A model generated the notes under the pieces. It was not told where the DNA came from. It did no database searches and worked only from the letters and a program-made list of their open reading frames with translations. A stretch of DNA of 64,000 nucleotides from Nageia nagi (lineage: Eukaryota > Plantae > Pinophyta), in the NCBI GenBank assembly GCA_050084985.1, contig JBITNC010000001.1, positions 28,706,001 through 28,770,000 of the forward strand, in the 5' to 3' direction. Of the stretch, positions 38,337-49,649 are shown piece by piece (position 1 is the stretch's first letter; the number at the start of each line of letters is the position of its first letter). The translations under genes were made by a program, and so were the position numbers.

Positions 38337-39536
38337 TTTTTTTATTAAAATTAGGTAAATTCGATATTAATAAAAAAAATCATAGTTTTGAAAGAGACTC
38401 TAAAAATCTTGTACAAAATTCTTTTGTACCATAGTACAAAATGTAGCATACATAGTATACAAAATGAAGCATACATCCATACTTCAATACAAAATGTAGC
38501 ATTATTAAAGATCATAAAACATAACATATAATACATCAACCCTAAGAAATATTAAAAAATGTAGCATATCATGGCTAATAAGGTTCCTAGAGATAACATA
38601 ACATTCTAAAATGCTTTAGTTTTTACAAAGTCTTTATATGATCAGCCTAGAAAAATATTTTGATAAATCATTTCACTACAAAATATAAAATGCTAAAGAG
38701 GAACTTTGTTTAAGCCCAACAACCTCATGCCCTCCAGCACCCCATATTGTTTGAAAGATAAGACTCTTCCTTGTTCCAAATCTGAGCTCTATCGCTCATC
38801 TTGCTAGTGATATAATATTCTATCCTAATAAATTATTTTTGTACAAATCCAAAATGTAGCAGAACAGCTTCATTTGAGCCCAACATCTTCATGCCCTCCA
38901 ACACCCTATGCTATTTAAAATATAAGCCTTCTCCCTCATTTTAAATTTGTACTCCATGATTCATCTGCTACCTTTATAAGCTTTGACTCTTAAGATCATC
39001 ATTTTTTGCAATCTTTGTTGAAGTCCTCTTATGCCAATAGAAAGATAACAACTCCAAACCATTGGAGCTAGGATATGCTTATAGGTAATGGTCAACACCA
39101 AAACCTAAAGGTTTCCCCTAGAGATTTGAGAAGCTCTCTAGGCCAATGGAGTAAAGATATGCTTTCAAGTATTAGCCTACACCAAAACCCTAAGGTTTCC
39201 TTACATATTTGAGCAGCTCTCTATACAAATTAACATTTGAGTGCAAACCCTCTCTTCATACGAGCTATAAGAAATAATAACAAGCCCTCTTTCTTCTAAT
39301 CTGGATATTGAAAACATAGTAGCTCCTTCCTTCCACCATGTAAAATAATAGGTCCTCATTCTTTTGATCCGAGCATTGAAAAATGTACCAACTCTAGTGT
39401 GGACCTTAAGAACAAAATGTGGTGAACCATTTTCCTTGGTTAGTGGGTACAACTTCATCAGCCATTAGAGAGGCATAAGATTTTCAAAAATTCCCCCTAT
39501 GTCAGTAGAGTCCACAAAAGTAGGAGCTTCTTTTTT
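38337..39536 (-). mobile_element. 1.2-kb retroposed (non-LTR-type) insert within an LTR
   Basis: Absent from the partner LTR (empty site at 34083-34098). Flanked by a degenerate ~16-bp duplication AATAATAGAGCAATTC / AATAATAAGGGAAATTT. Short T-tract at the left end. Confidence 0.7.
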
Positions 39537-40184
39537 AATAATAAGGGAAATTTTCATAATGAACTAAAATGAACAATAATATTCATTGATGGAGCCAAAC
39601 TAAAACTCAACATTATAAAAATGTGTTCAATATATAATACTAATCTATTAACTACATAAAATGCATTACAATACTTGCAGCTATAGACCCAATCATGATA
39701 TAAATGACTTGAACCATTATTCAACTCACACTATACAGTATTATCCATAACAAAGTGGGATCAATCGAAGGATATAACCAACTAATAATACAAGAAGTAA
39801 ACTATACTACAATCTAGAAGATGAAGAATACAATCCAAAAGGTGAACTAAATTGATCCTATCAAACACATAACATGCTTTGTTCTACTTTACATTTACTC
39901 AAAATGGAGAAAAGAACAATCACCTACCATTACAATTGGTTACAAACTCAAGAAACTTCAGTAATTATTAACACAACTATTATGATACACACATAGGCTT
40001 TTAGATATACACAAATAATTTGTTTATATACACATAAAATTTACTTGTACACACATAAAGTATCTACTACTATACATAATTTCTAAGTTGATATATGCAC
40101 ATAATTTCTACTTAAATAACTAGAACTAAAAATTGGCAGAAATGACAAGGGAATAAGGGATGAATATCATGTCAATTTCCAACA

Positions 40185-40800
40185 CCTCTTCCCTAGCATC
40201 CACATACCTCCTCTTAACACCTTTTTCATATCCTCCTCTTACTGAAGCTTGATCATGAAAAACCTATTTGGAATCTTGAGCTACAATGTCCATGAAACTT
40301 GTTGGTTTTCATTTCAGAAATGCCCATTTATGAATCATATTGATATTTGATCTAGGTCTGTGGAACTTTCGCACCAAATTGTAAGCTCCTACTATTTTCA
40401 TACTATCTTTAATCATTATGGGAATAACCAATGTTCTATTCTAAGTAGAAGGATTTAAGGTACTTACCATTGGTGGTAGAATTGTTACCTATTTGAATTT
40501 GCTAACCACTTGGCCTAATTGCATTTTTTTGGATTTGCCTGCATTTACTATTACATCTCCCTCCTTCACCTTTGATGGCCCCCCTATGTCTAGTGGTTCT
40601 TATTCTTTTAGCTTGGGTTGTCCATCCGTTGTCACTTCCTCCATTATTATTTCCTTGATCAAAGAACCTTAACCATCCCTCTGTCCTTCAACTCTAGGGA
40701 CCAACCTTAATCCTTCACCTATAACTCCTAACCTTAATCTTGTGCACCATTACTCATCAAATCCTTTCATGCTCCTTCCATTATCAACTTGAATAAACTT
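40185..40800 (-). mobile_element. L1 LINE, upstream part of ORF1
   Basis: LVRKFHRPRSNINMIHKWAF..RFFMIKLQ*EEDMKKVLRGGMWMLGKR joins to GLFLRKW across the 33999-40184 insertion. Confidence 0.85.
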
Positions 40801-41479
40801 TATGTTTGTCCATTCAACAATATTGGGTTGAAATTAATCCACAACTTTAATATTTATATAAATGAATGATTGAAATTAATTTACAAAATTTTTTCTTCAC
40901 AATTAATTGTTGTTATGTAATATTTATTATATGTTTCTTTATAAATAATATATTAATGTGATACCTTCAAATATAGAGAAGTTGGCGAACATTGAGTGTG
41001 AAAAACTCCCAACTATTATAAAAACATATTCAAATCATATCCCCTACAAAATCAAATATACATAAAATGACACACATACATGATAGATTCAAATGTAAAA
41101 AAATTAAAAAAACCTTTCAAAACCCTTTCTTCTAATCAAATTTAAAAAAAAACTTTATATAATATTTATTTATAAATAATACAATTTTAAAATTTTAATT
41201 TGATAATTTTATATAATTTATAAATAATATTTATGTAATATATAAAAAATATTTATCAAATTTTAATTAAAATAAATTCATAATTATAATCATACTTCAA
41301 TTACCACATTCATAGTTCAATTTATAAACTTCATTAGCTCAATATGTCAAATATATATCCACGAAATGATAAGATGAGAGCTATCCCTGAGAAGATAGAT
41401 GTCCAAAAATTATAATATATATATATATTTTTAATATATACCATAAAAATTCCAAATTTGAATATTATTTTTTGTAACT

Positions 41480-42340
41480 CTCCCCGTCTCTCTATGTATT
41501 GTGGGAACCACCTCTATTTTAGGTTGGCGACGAAGCAGAAGCGGAATCCGATATATTGCTCGTGATCTCCGCCGTCGAACCATCTCTGCTGACGTCATCC
41601 CCTTTCGACACGCAAACGGGACAAACGTCGCCGGTGCCGGGGAATGTTTTGTCAGCACGCTGCCCGGCCGGGCAGCTCCTCGGGCGGTGGGTCCGTTGCC
41701 CGCGGGAAACGGTCAAAAAGTCCGTTGGACAACAGGTGGGGTTAACCTTAACCTCGTGGTGGGGTTAAGGTGAGTTGGCAGGGTTTGAAATCTGACGGAC
41801 GAGATTCGCTCCGCGATGCAGCAGGCCATCTGGCATTGAGATGTGTTGCCATAAAACAGTGGTGTTCTAGAAGCGGTTTTGATAAAACAGATCCGACGGA
41901 TAGGAATTGTTCTCGGAAGGGGTCAACCAACGGTCTAGATCGAGCCTCGGAATGAGCTGCTTACATGGCAGTCTGAAAGCGGTTTTGATGTTCTAGTAAA
42001 AATGGAACCGACGGACAGGAATGGTTCACCGATGAGCTGAACCAACGGTTCAGATCCAACCTGTCGATGAGCTGTTTTACGTACACGTTGTATTGGAAAA
42101 GCGGGTTTGGTGTTGTATCGAAAGGCTTAAGAAGGGGAAGACGGGGCATCGCAGATATTTAGTAGTACAGAGCAGAGTAAAGGCCGCACGAAACGGAGAT
42201 TTTGCCGTAAAGCGACGGGAAACATACAGAGCGCTGTCGAAGTTTGGCACTTTTTAACTGATTTTTTTGCCCTTTTCGTTCGGCTGAGGATCGGACGGTT
42301 CGAGGTTTACTTCTATTTGCTGCGAAAATTTTGAGTTGTA
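41480..42340 (+). promoter_or_regulatory. CpG-rich promoter and probable first non-coding exon of the patellin gene
   Basis: Abrupt rise in GC and CpG after an AT-rich spacer. TGACGTCA at 41590-41597. AACGG/CCGTT cores at 41615, 41693, 41708, 41722, 41929, 42044 and 42192. Donor GTAAGT at 42338. Confidence 0.7.
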
Positions 42341-42402
42341 AGTAGTTTTTCTCCTTTTTTGGCTTTGATATGCTATCTTTTAGTCTTACATTTGAAAGAT
42401 TC

Positions 42403-42700
42403 GCGTCATTCTGCGCATTTTGAACACAAATTTGAACTGCTTCTATTCATTCTGCGTGCTTAGAGCTTAAATTGGAATTCCTCTCGTTATTCTGTGCTTT
42501 TGGAGTCGGAATTTGAACGGCTCCCGTTATTTTGCACCTGTAGAGCTTTAATTTGGACCCCTCTCGTCATCCTGAGCTTTGCAGAGCTCTATTGAACTGC
42601 TCGCGTCATTTTAGGACTTTAGAGTTCAAAGGAATATTATCGTGTTTGAGCTTCAATTTGAACGGCACTCGTCATTCTATACTTTTTGAGCTCAAATTTA
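42403..42700. repeat. ~40-bp degenerate tandem repeat, ~7 copies, in the 5'-UTR intron
   Basis: CGT(C/T)AT(T/C)..GAGC..AATTTGAAC unit at ~42404, 42445, 42485, 42525, 42565, 42604 and 42670. Confidence 0.85.
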
Positions 42701-43839
42701 GTCCTTTTTGCGCTGTCTAATGTTTCTATGTGTTTTTTTTTAGCATCATCTCCAGTTAGATTGCAAATAACGGTTGGAGCTCCACGTGCGTAAGTTCAAG
42801 GTGCGATCTGATATCTGGCTCTGTTATATGGTAAAATTTTGCGATTTATCTGCCAAGGATAAGTTTGGTAGATTTGAAGACTAGAATATACTATTATAAG
42901 TATTTTGTCACCATCGTGTGTATGATTGGCAAGAGTTTTTGGAAGTTGGGGACTTTGCGTAATTTTTGTGACTCCTTTTTCATCTTTTAGACATTTTTTT
43001 GCAGGTTTTGTTTTCTGTTGCTTTAAGTTGCTATATTTCCTGCGACCTCGGGGCTCCTCTTAAAGCTTCAGTACCAAGGGAACTTTCCACTTCATGTTCT
43101 GGATGATTTTACTGCCTTGTGCCTTCTTACATGGGTAGTTTTTCCTAGAATACTTTATATGCAAGTCGGCTTCTTTAGGAGAAAAAAAACTGCTTTTTAC
43201 ATCTGAATGGTCTCAGATTTATCCGTTCTTGGGTAGAATTTACACTGATTAGCTTACAATCGGAATTTTCGTGTAGAAATCAGGGATATTTTCGACGATT
43301 TCATAATCCCTGTGCAATCGTAGATCGAATCCTCGAGTTGTAGTCTTTGATCTCAACCCTTAATATGAATCTCAAATAATCCAACTATTGTGTGTGATTT
43401 CATTACTCTATCAAGATCACAATCTTCAGTAATCCTTTGTGATCTCAAAACATCATTGTTTGTCATAGAATTCAGTAATACGAGATTACAAATCTTCATC
43501 TATATAAAAAAAAAATCAGTAACCATTTGTAATTTCAAATATTCTTTTAGATTACAAATATCAGTAACAATCTGCGAACATATCCAAAGTTTCATTAAAT
43601 AATATTGCAGTTTTATGACTTCATCACTTCATATGGATTGTCAACTACATTAAATTTGATGACAAAGTTTTAACTAATCTTCCGTGGTTTCGAATCTCTC
43701 GCTAGATCACAAATTTTAGTAATACAGAGTGATATTTTCTCTCTGATTATCTCTTTAAAATTTTTGAAACTCAGAATAAAAGGTGTGAAGTTATATTATT
43801 TTTTTCTGACGAATTTTTGAAACTTTGAGCAGGTAATCA

Positions 43840-45197
43840 ATGGCTGCGAGCATTGAAGAATCACCTGCCCCTGCCACTGCTACAAACACCACAGTAGCAG
43901 AAGTGACTGAAACTGTTAAGGAGGTAGTAACAGCGCCACCCCAGCACCTGTGATGGAGCCCGAGGCCGTGAAAAGCAAGGAAGGAAAGGGTGAAGTGACT
44001 AAGGTAGACAATGGAACTGTTGTAGCAGAAAGCAGTCCAAATTTGGAATCCCAGGTCTCCTCCTTCAAAGAGGAAAGCTACTTTGTTTCTGACCTGAAAG
44101 AATCTGAGAAGAAAGCTCTACAAGATCTTAAGCTCCGAGTTGAAGAAGCCATAAAAACCAATGAATTCAAAGAGCCTTCTTCCAAAGAGCCAGAAACCAA
44201 AGAAGCTGGAACTAAAGAACCTGAAACCAAAGAAGCTGAAAGCAAAGGACCTGAAACCAAAGTAGCCGAGGCAAAAGAAGCCGTAGCTACCGAGTCTAAA
44301 GACGGTGAAGTCAAAGATGCAGAGACTAAGGAATCCGAAACAAAAGCCGAAGAGGACACCAAAACCTCCGAGGCGAAAGAAGAAGTTAAGGGGACAGTGG
44401 AAGAAGTGAAAATTGTGGAAACCAATACGGAGACTAATGTCAAGGTTGGCGAAGCTGAAGTTAAAAAGGAAGAGACTGTAGTTACTGTAATAGAAACGAT
44501 CGAAGTTCCCCCTCATGAAGATGTACCAAAGCATGAAGAAACTATAATTGTTTCTCAAGCTTCAACCGAGTCTGTCACTGTTGTCTCTCCTCCTTCGACA
44601 GAACCTCCTGTGGGCGAGGGTGAAGTCCCTGTTGAGGTCACTGTTACCAAAGAAACTCTGGAGGCTGTGCTTGAGCCTGTGGAGGAAGTTTACTTATGGG
44701 GAGTCCCTCTTCTCCACACACTCGGTGATGAAAGAACTGATGTGATCTTGTTGAAGTTTCTTCGAGCCAGAGATTTCAAGGTTAACGAGGCTTTTACCAT
44801 GCTGAAGAACACAATTCTGTGGAGGAAACGCTTTGGCACTGATAAGATTTTGGAAGAGGATTTCGGTACTGAATTGGATGGTGTGGCTTACATGCATGGC
44901 TATGATAAGGAAGGACATCCGGTTTGTTACAATGTTTATGGGGTTTTCCAGGACAAGAATCTTTACCAGAAGACATTTGGCGATTCTGAAAAGTGTGACC
45001 GCTTCCTAAGGTGGAGAATTCAGTTGTTGGAGAAGGGGATCCAGCAGTTGAGCTTCAAGCCTGATGGCATCAGTTCTATGGTTCAGATCACCGACCTCAA
45101 GAATTCACCTGGGCCTGGAAAGAAAGGTTTGCGACAGGCTACCAAGAAGGCTTTGGATATCCTTCAAGATAATTATCCAGAGTTTGTTGCTAGGAAG
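43840..45197 (+). CDS. PATL: Patellin (Sec14/CRAL-TRIO + GOLD), coding exon 1, with an apparent 1-bp frameshift at 43939-43942
   Basis: Acceptor AG at 43832, ATG at 43840 (MAASIEESPAPA). Acidic E/K-rich N-terminus, SFKEESYFVSDL motif, LWGVPLL..DVILLKFLRARDFKV, GHPVCYNVYG, LQDNYPEFVARK. Donor GTAAGT at 45198. Confidence 0.95.
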
Positions 45198-46082
45198 GTA
45201 AGTTTTCTCTGTCAAATTTGCTCTTCGTTCTTTCTTTGTTTTGTTGTATCCTATCTTCCTATGCCTAGGGCAAGCCCCAGGCCCCCAGTGCTATGGAAGC
45301 ACATCTTAACATTATTCCAGTAGCTGCACGCCTCTAATAGTGAGGTGTTTCCGGTGTTTCTATCCTTTCAGGTGCAGGAAAGTGTCAACTTTGATTGATT
45401 GCATCAGGCACCAGTGATGTTGCAGTTTTCTCTCTAGTGTTATTCTATTCTTGAATTCCCCCTTTTCTGTAATAGACTCTGTTATGTGTCTCTTTGTACT
45501 CTGAAAGGTATTTATTGCTTGCCATTTGCCCCGCCAGATGCATTTTGCATTCTATGATGTTGCATCCTTTTATTTGTTAGCACCACCTAGTTTGGCAAAC
45601 TGATTTCCCCGTCAAAGTCACATCTTACTTGGTGTAGCTGGAATTTTTAGGATTTATATGGAGTCATTCAACATGAAATATTGATCTTTAACATGATTAC
45701 GTCTTCTAGGATCACTTGAAAATATTCTGTGGATGGTAGCATCTCATCCATTTTCCTTTTTTCAAAATATGACAACAATATAGAGAACATCACCCACATT
45801 CTTATGATTGCCTGCTAATCCACAGGTAATACAAATGTTGGGTTTTATGATGTGGCATTAGCCTTTCTTCATTCTTGCCTTTGCGGTACTTTGCACCATC
45901 CAAAATATTTGTGCATATTGTGTAGAATGTCAGCTGACTTGTTATCTCAACATACTAATGTGTTTCAAAGAAATGTAAGCAACATTTAACAACAACAATT
46001 TTATGTGCATTATTGTATCTTCTGTCATACCATGAGCTGCAAGAAATTTATGGTTAACAGCACAGTATTTTTTGGTGCACAG

Positions 46083-46207
46083 ATCTTTGTGAATGTGCCT
46101 TGGTGGTATGCAGCATTGAGTGCAATGCTTTCTCCCTTCCTGACACAGAGAACGAAGAGCAAGTTTGTTGTTGCTCGTCCTGCTAAAGTGACAGAAACTT
46201 TGTTCAA
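46083..46207 (+). CDS. PATL: Patellin coding exon 2
   Basis: CAG|IFVNVPWWY..SPFLTQRTKSKFV..ETLFK|GT; phase fits exon 3. Confidence 0.95.
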
Positions 46208-46324
46208 GTACTTTTCGCATCTTTCCTTCATTTTCATGTTTTGTTTAACACACTAGATTTCTAGGCGTTTGGGTCAATTTTATGCTTCATCATAATTTGC
46301 TTGGGTGGTATTCGTTTTGCCTAG

Positions 46325-46469
46325 GTACATTTCACCAGAGTATGTCCCAGTGCAGTATGGAGGTTTGAGCAGAGAAAATGACACTGAATTCTCTGCATCA
46401 GATGGTGGGCTTTCGGAGCTGTTCATTAAACCAGGGGTGAAGCAGATTGTTGAGATCCCTGCAACAGAG
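46325..46469 (+). CDS. PATL: Patellin coding exon 3
   Basis: TAG|(K)YISPEYVPVQYGGLSRENDTEF..KQIVEIPATE|GTATGA; too short for the ORF track. Confidence 0.95.
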
Positions 46470-46590
46470 GTATGATGATACTGCTCTTCGTTTAATAAAC
46501 GAGTAACTCATTCTTACACCCTTTCAAGTTTTTCAAACTTTGATGTATTGTCACAGTATACAACATGGTTTTCTTTTTGTAAATTTGCAG

Positions 46591-46842
46591 GCTGGAACCG
46601 CACTGATTTGGGATATCGCAGTTGTGGGCTGGGAAGTAACCTACAGTGAAGAGTTTGTACCCAATGTAGAAGGTGGTTACACTGTTATCATACAGAAGGC
46701 AAAGAAAATGGCTCCTGAAGAAGAACCAGTTCGGAATTCATTCAAACTCTGTGAGACAGGGAAAGTGATCTTGACAATTGAGAACACCTCCTCGAAGAAG
46801 AAGCGAGTTCTATACAGAACAAAAGTCAAGAGTGACCATTAG
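46591..46842 (+). CDS. PATL: Patellin coding exon 4 (GOLD domain, stop codon)
   Basis: GCAG|AGTALIWDIAVVGWEVTYSEEFVP..GKVILTIENTSSKKKRVLYRTKVKSDH*. The spliced product is about 626 aa if the frameshift is corrected. Confidence 0.96.
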   Translation, partial: AGTALIWDIAVVGWEVTYSEEFVPNVEGGYTVIIQKAKKMAPEEEPVRNSFKLCETGKVILTIENTSSKKKRVLYRTKVKSDH

Positions 46843-49377
46843 CCATATGCTATGAAGGGATTTATGCTGCTTATTTCTTCCGTCTTATGGAAAGAAATGG
46901 CCAGTTTGTGTTAACACACTATTATGGATTCATTCATGTGCATATACATCTAGACATTACTGCCATCTTTCTCCGCTTTGGAGTTTATTTTCGAGCTGTA
47001 TTTGCTACTGGCTTGTGAGTTCCTAGTTTTTTCATAATCATATTTGCAGTCATTGAGGTCTGCACAGAAGATTCTTGGATGATCTCTGTACATGTTATCT
47101 ATATGGACATGTTATCATCCAGGTCATCGTCATCACCTTTAGTGCATTAGTTTGGTCGTGTAAATTGTCTGTATAGTGTCATGGTATCGGAACTGTCGTT
47201 GGCAATCTATCCATCCATGGGATATAGAGATCTTGTGAGCTCTCCATCATGTGTTTCATTTATTTTCATTGATTATTTTATTTGGTTGTGCTACACTATT
47301 CTATTGAAACGATTTGGTTCAAAATCTAAATATTTTTTTAGTATGTCTTCCAACTTGTTGCCTAAATTTGAAGATGAAGTGAAAGGATCAAGACACACAG
47401 TGTTTTGGATCTTTCCTCTGTATTCTGATTTGTTTGCAGAAGTTCCTAGTGTGTGTGTGTATATTTTGAAACTTTCATAAAATTTGAATCTTGTAAGAAC
47501 GGGAAAGAGAGAGAGAGCGAAAGTGCATGATTTAGATCATTTCTTTTCTGGTTATTCAACTTCTGTTTGATTTTTCTTGATTTGGTAAAATTCAGGGCTC
47601 AAATGTAATGTATTCTAGATGGCTCAATGTCAGGGCTCTGCCGCAAACATGTTTGAGAGACGGACAATTTTAATTGACTTCATTATTGGAAAGGATATAA
47701 AGAGTTCAAAAGCATAAGGTTTCTTAGATTTTTGCAGTTGGGTTTTTGTGGAATTATCTGCACAAAAACTGAACATCCAAAAAAATATAGCAAGAATAGA
47801 ATGCGGTAGATTTGATCCCACTTATTTGTAATGATTGTACCATTCTGTGCTCCAAATTGTAGCTTCAGTTTTGAGCATACCGTTGAATATATTGTTTGAT
47901 GATGCTGTGTGTAAATTGGATCCCCTAAATCTCATCGTGTGTGAGCAAAAATAGCACTAGTCCAATCTTATGATAACATTTTAAGTCCTCACAGATGCGG
48001 CTGGCTGCCCTGTACCCCTCTGCCACAGAGACGGCCAGATTCATCCCACATGTTTTAACCAAATAAGTCTGGCGCAGCAATTGAATGTACTGTTTCTTCA
48101 AGGGATTAAATCCCCACAATTCTTTTCATTTCTTGCAACAATATAGGAACTTAAGATCTATTCCCACATTTTTGGAGCAGATTTATATCCTCCATGACAT
48201 GGTCTAGGCTAGTGCCCTAGCAGCGAAGAAACCCATTAATGAATGGAATGCCTTGTTTGACCAGAAAAGTTGGGATTGTCTTCCCACAGACTAGATAGAT
48301 GGCCCCATGTTATTATGGGAATAGGAAAGAAGTGGAGATTTGAGCACAACTGTAGGATCACATGGCTAACACTAAACGCCTGGCGGGTCCAATGAGGGTA
48401 TCTGCTGCAACGTAGACTATAGCACGGATGATAAGATTAAGATAGATTCTGGTGCTAGCTGTATCCGACAAAGTAGTGGGCCCTTTGTCGCACGTTGGGG
48501 CAGTGACAGGTCGGAGCAAAGAATTGTGTATAAGAAAGTTGACAGAAACGAACTTTTGTCAGATCGTACGTGTCATACGTTGTCAAATTACGGCGCAATT
48601 TTTGTTCGTCTGCTAGTGGAAGGTATAATTACTTGTTTTTCACGGTTTTACTTTAGAGATTGGCAACTTTCGGCTCCACATTTGAAATTTCTGAAGTTGT
48701 ATTTTCTGTAGTATGCAACTTGGTTTTCAAAAAGCATGATCATTCTTAGGACTAGGAGAGGGGAATATTGTTTAAAGTAAAAGTTGGTGTGTCCTACGGC
48801 CTACCCCGATGAAGGTGACATGTTAAAGTGGGGTCTCCTATTCATGTTCCATTAAGCTTGAAATCCTCAAACTTCATGTTTTGTTTTTTATAGGGTCTGT
48901 ATCGGTTTTCGTGGGCAATGGGGGCATAAACTGTAAAATAATTATTTTCCTTGGGAGCGGTGCTCACATCCTAGTTTTCCGTCAGTGTGGTAGAATAGAT
49001 ACGTGCAAAGAAATTTGAGTATATTCAAATTAGAAAAAGTTAATTCTTTTGGGTACTAATAAATTCAAATCTCGTGTTATTGTGGCTGTGTTTATGATTA
49101 GTCGAAATTGGTATGAATCAATGTGGATAGAATAGCTTGGTTGAATGGAGTAATTAGCTTGATGACTGGCGTAATCCAAGATGAAACAATAAGTTTTGGG
49201 CAAATGATTAATGTAACCTTTTGTACACATTTCTTTTGCTCATTTTGTCATTTTCATTATAGATTATAATACAATACTTGTGTTAAGCTATTATTATTTT
49301 TTATTAATTTCAAGAAGTTTGAAAGGGTAATAAAAATCTTTTATATTCTTCAAAAATTTAGTATGAGTTAGTATTTA

Positions 49378-49636
49378 TAATGTGTTTGCAAAATTTTGAT
49401 TTTCATTTAATAGTAGAATTGAGGTTAAGAACAAAGCATAAAATTTAGCAATATTAAAAGTAATATTTACAACAAAACGATGCATATCTTTGTAGAAAAT
49501 TTTCTTACAATGTGTTTTCAAAATTTTGATCTCCATCTAATAGAAGATAAGAGACTACGAACGAAACATAAAACATAAAAACATTAAAAACAACATTTAC
49601 AACAAAATGAAGCATATTTTGGTGGAAGATTTTTTT
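49378..49636. repeat. ~130-bp tandem duplication
   Basis: AATGTGTTT(G/T)CAAAATTTTGAT..ATTTACAACAAAA(C/T)GA.GCATAT occurs twice in succession. Confidence 0.85.
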
Positions 49637-49649
49637 GTAAATAGTCTAT

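Larger units (their letters stand above)
33999..40184 (-). mobile_element. gag-only Copia-type LTR element inserted in L1 ORF1
   Basis: Perfect TSD CCTCT (33994-33998 / 40185-40189). LTRs 33999-34814 and 38218-40184 (the latter split by a 1.2-kb insert). PPT CAAGGGGAAGAA at ~34826-34815. Decayed Met PBS at ~38204-38215. gag N-terminus KFDGEDFIF*SIKMNTLLMGKGL*EIIEYGYEK from ~37276. No pol motifs seen. Confidence 0.9.

Noticed and set aside
41431-42149. Cluster of short ORFs on both strands
   Set aside because: Expected in a GC-rich promoter where stops are rare; no recognisable domains.
42403-42700. CRISPR-like appearance of regularly spaced repeats (also 8565-9262 and 59065-59690)
   Set aside because: Units are contiguous, diverged tandem copies without unique spacers; the context is eukaryotic and there are no cas genes.
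44078-44976. Minus-strand ORFs overlapping patellin exon 1
   Set aside because: Shadow ORFs of a repetitive coding strand with no independent gene signals.
45198-45323. C-terminal tail of the 457-aa ORF
   Set aside because: Read-through into an intron; a canonical donor lies at 45198 and patellin homology resumes at 46083.
47181-47480. 99-aa ORF downstream of patellin
   Set aside because: Lies in the probable 3' UTR or flank, is T-rich, and has no recognisable motif.
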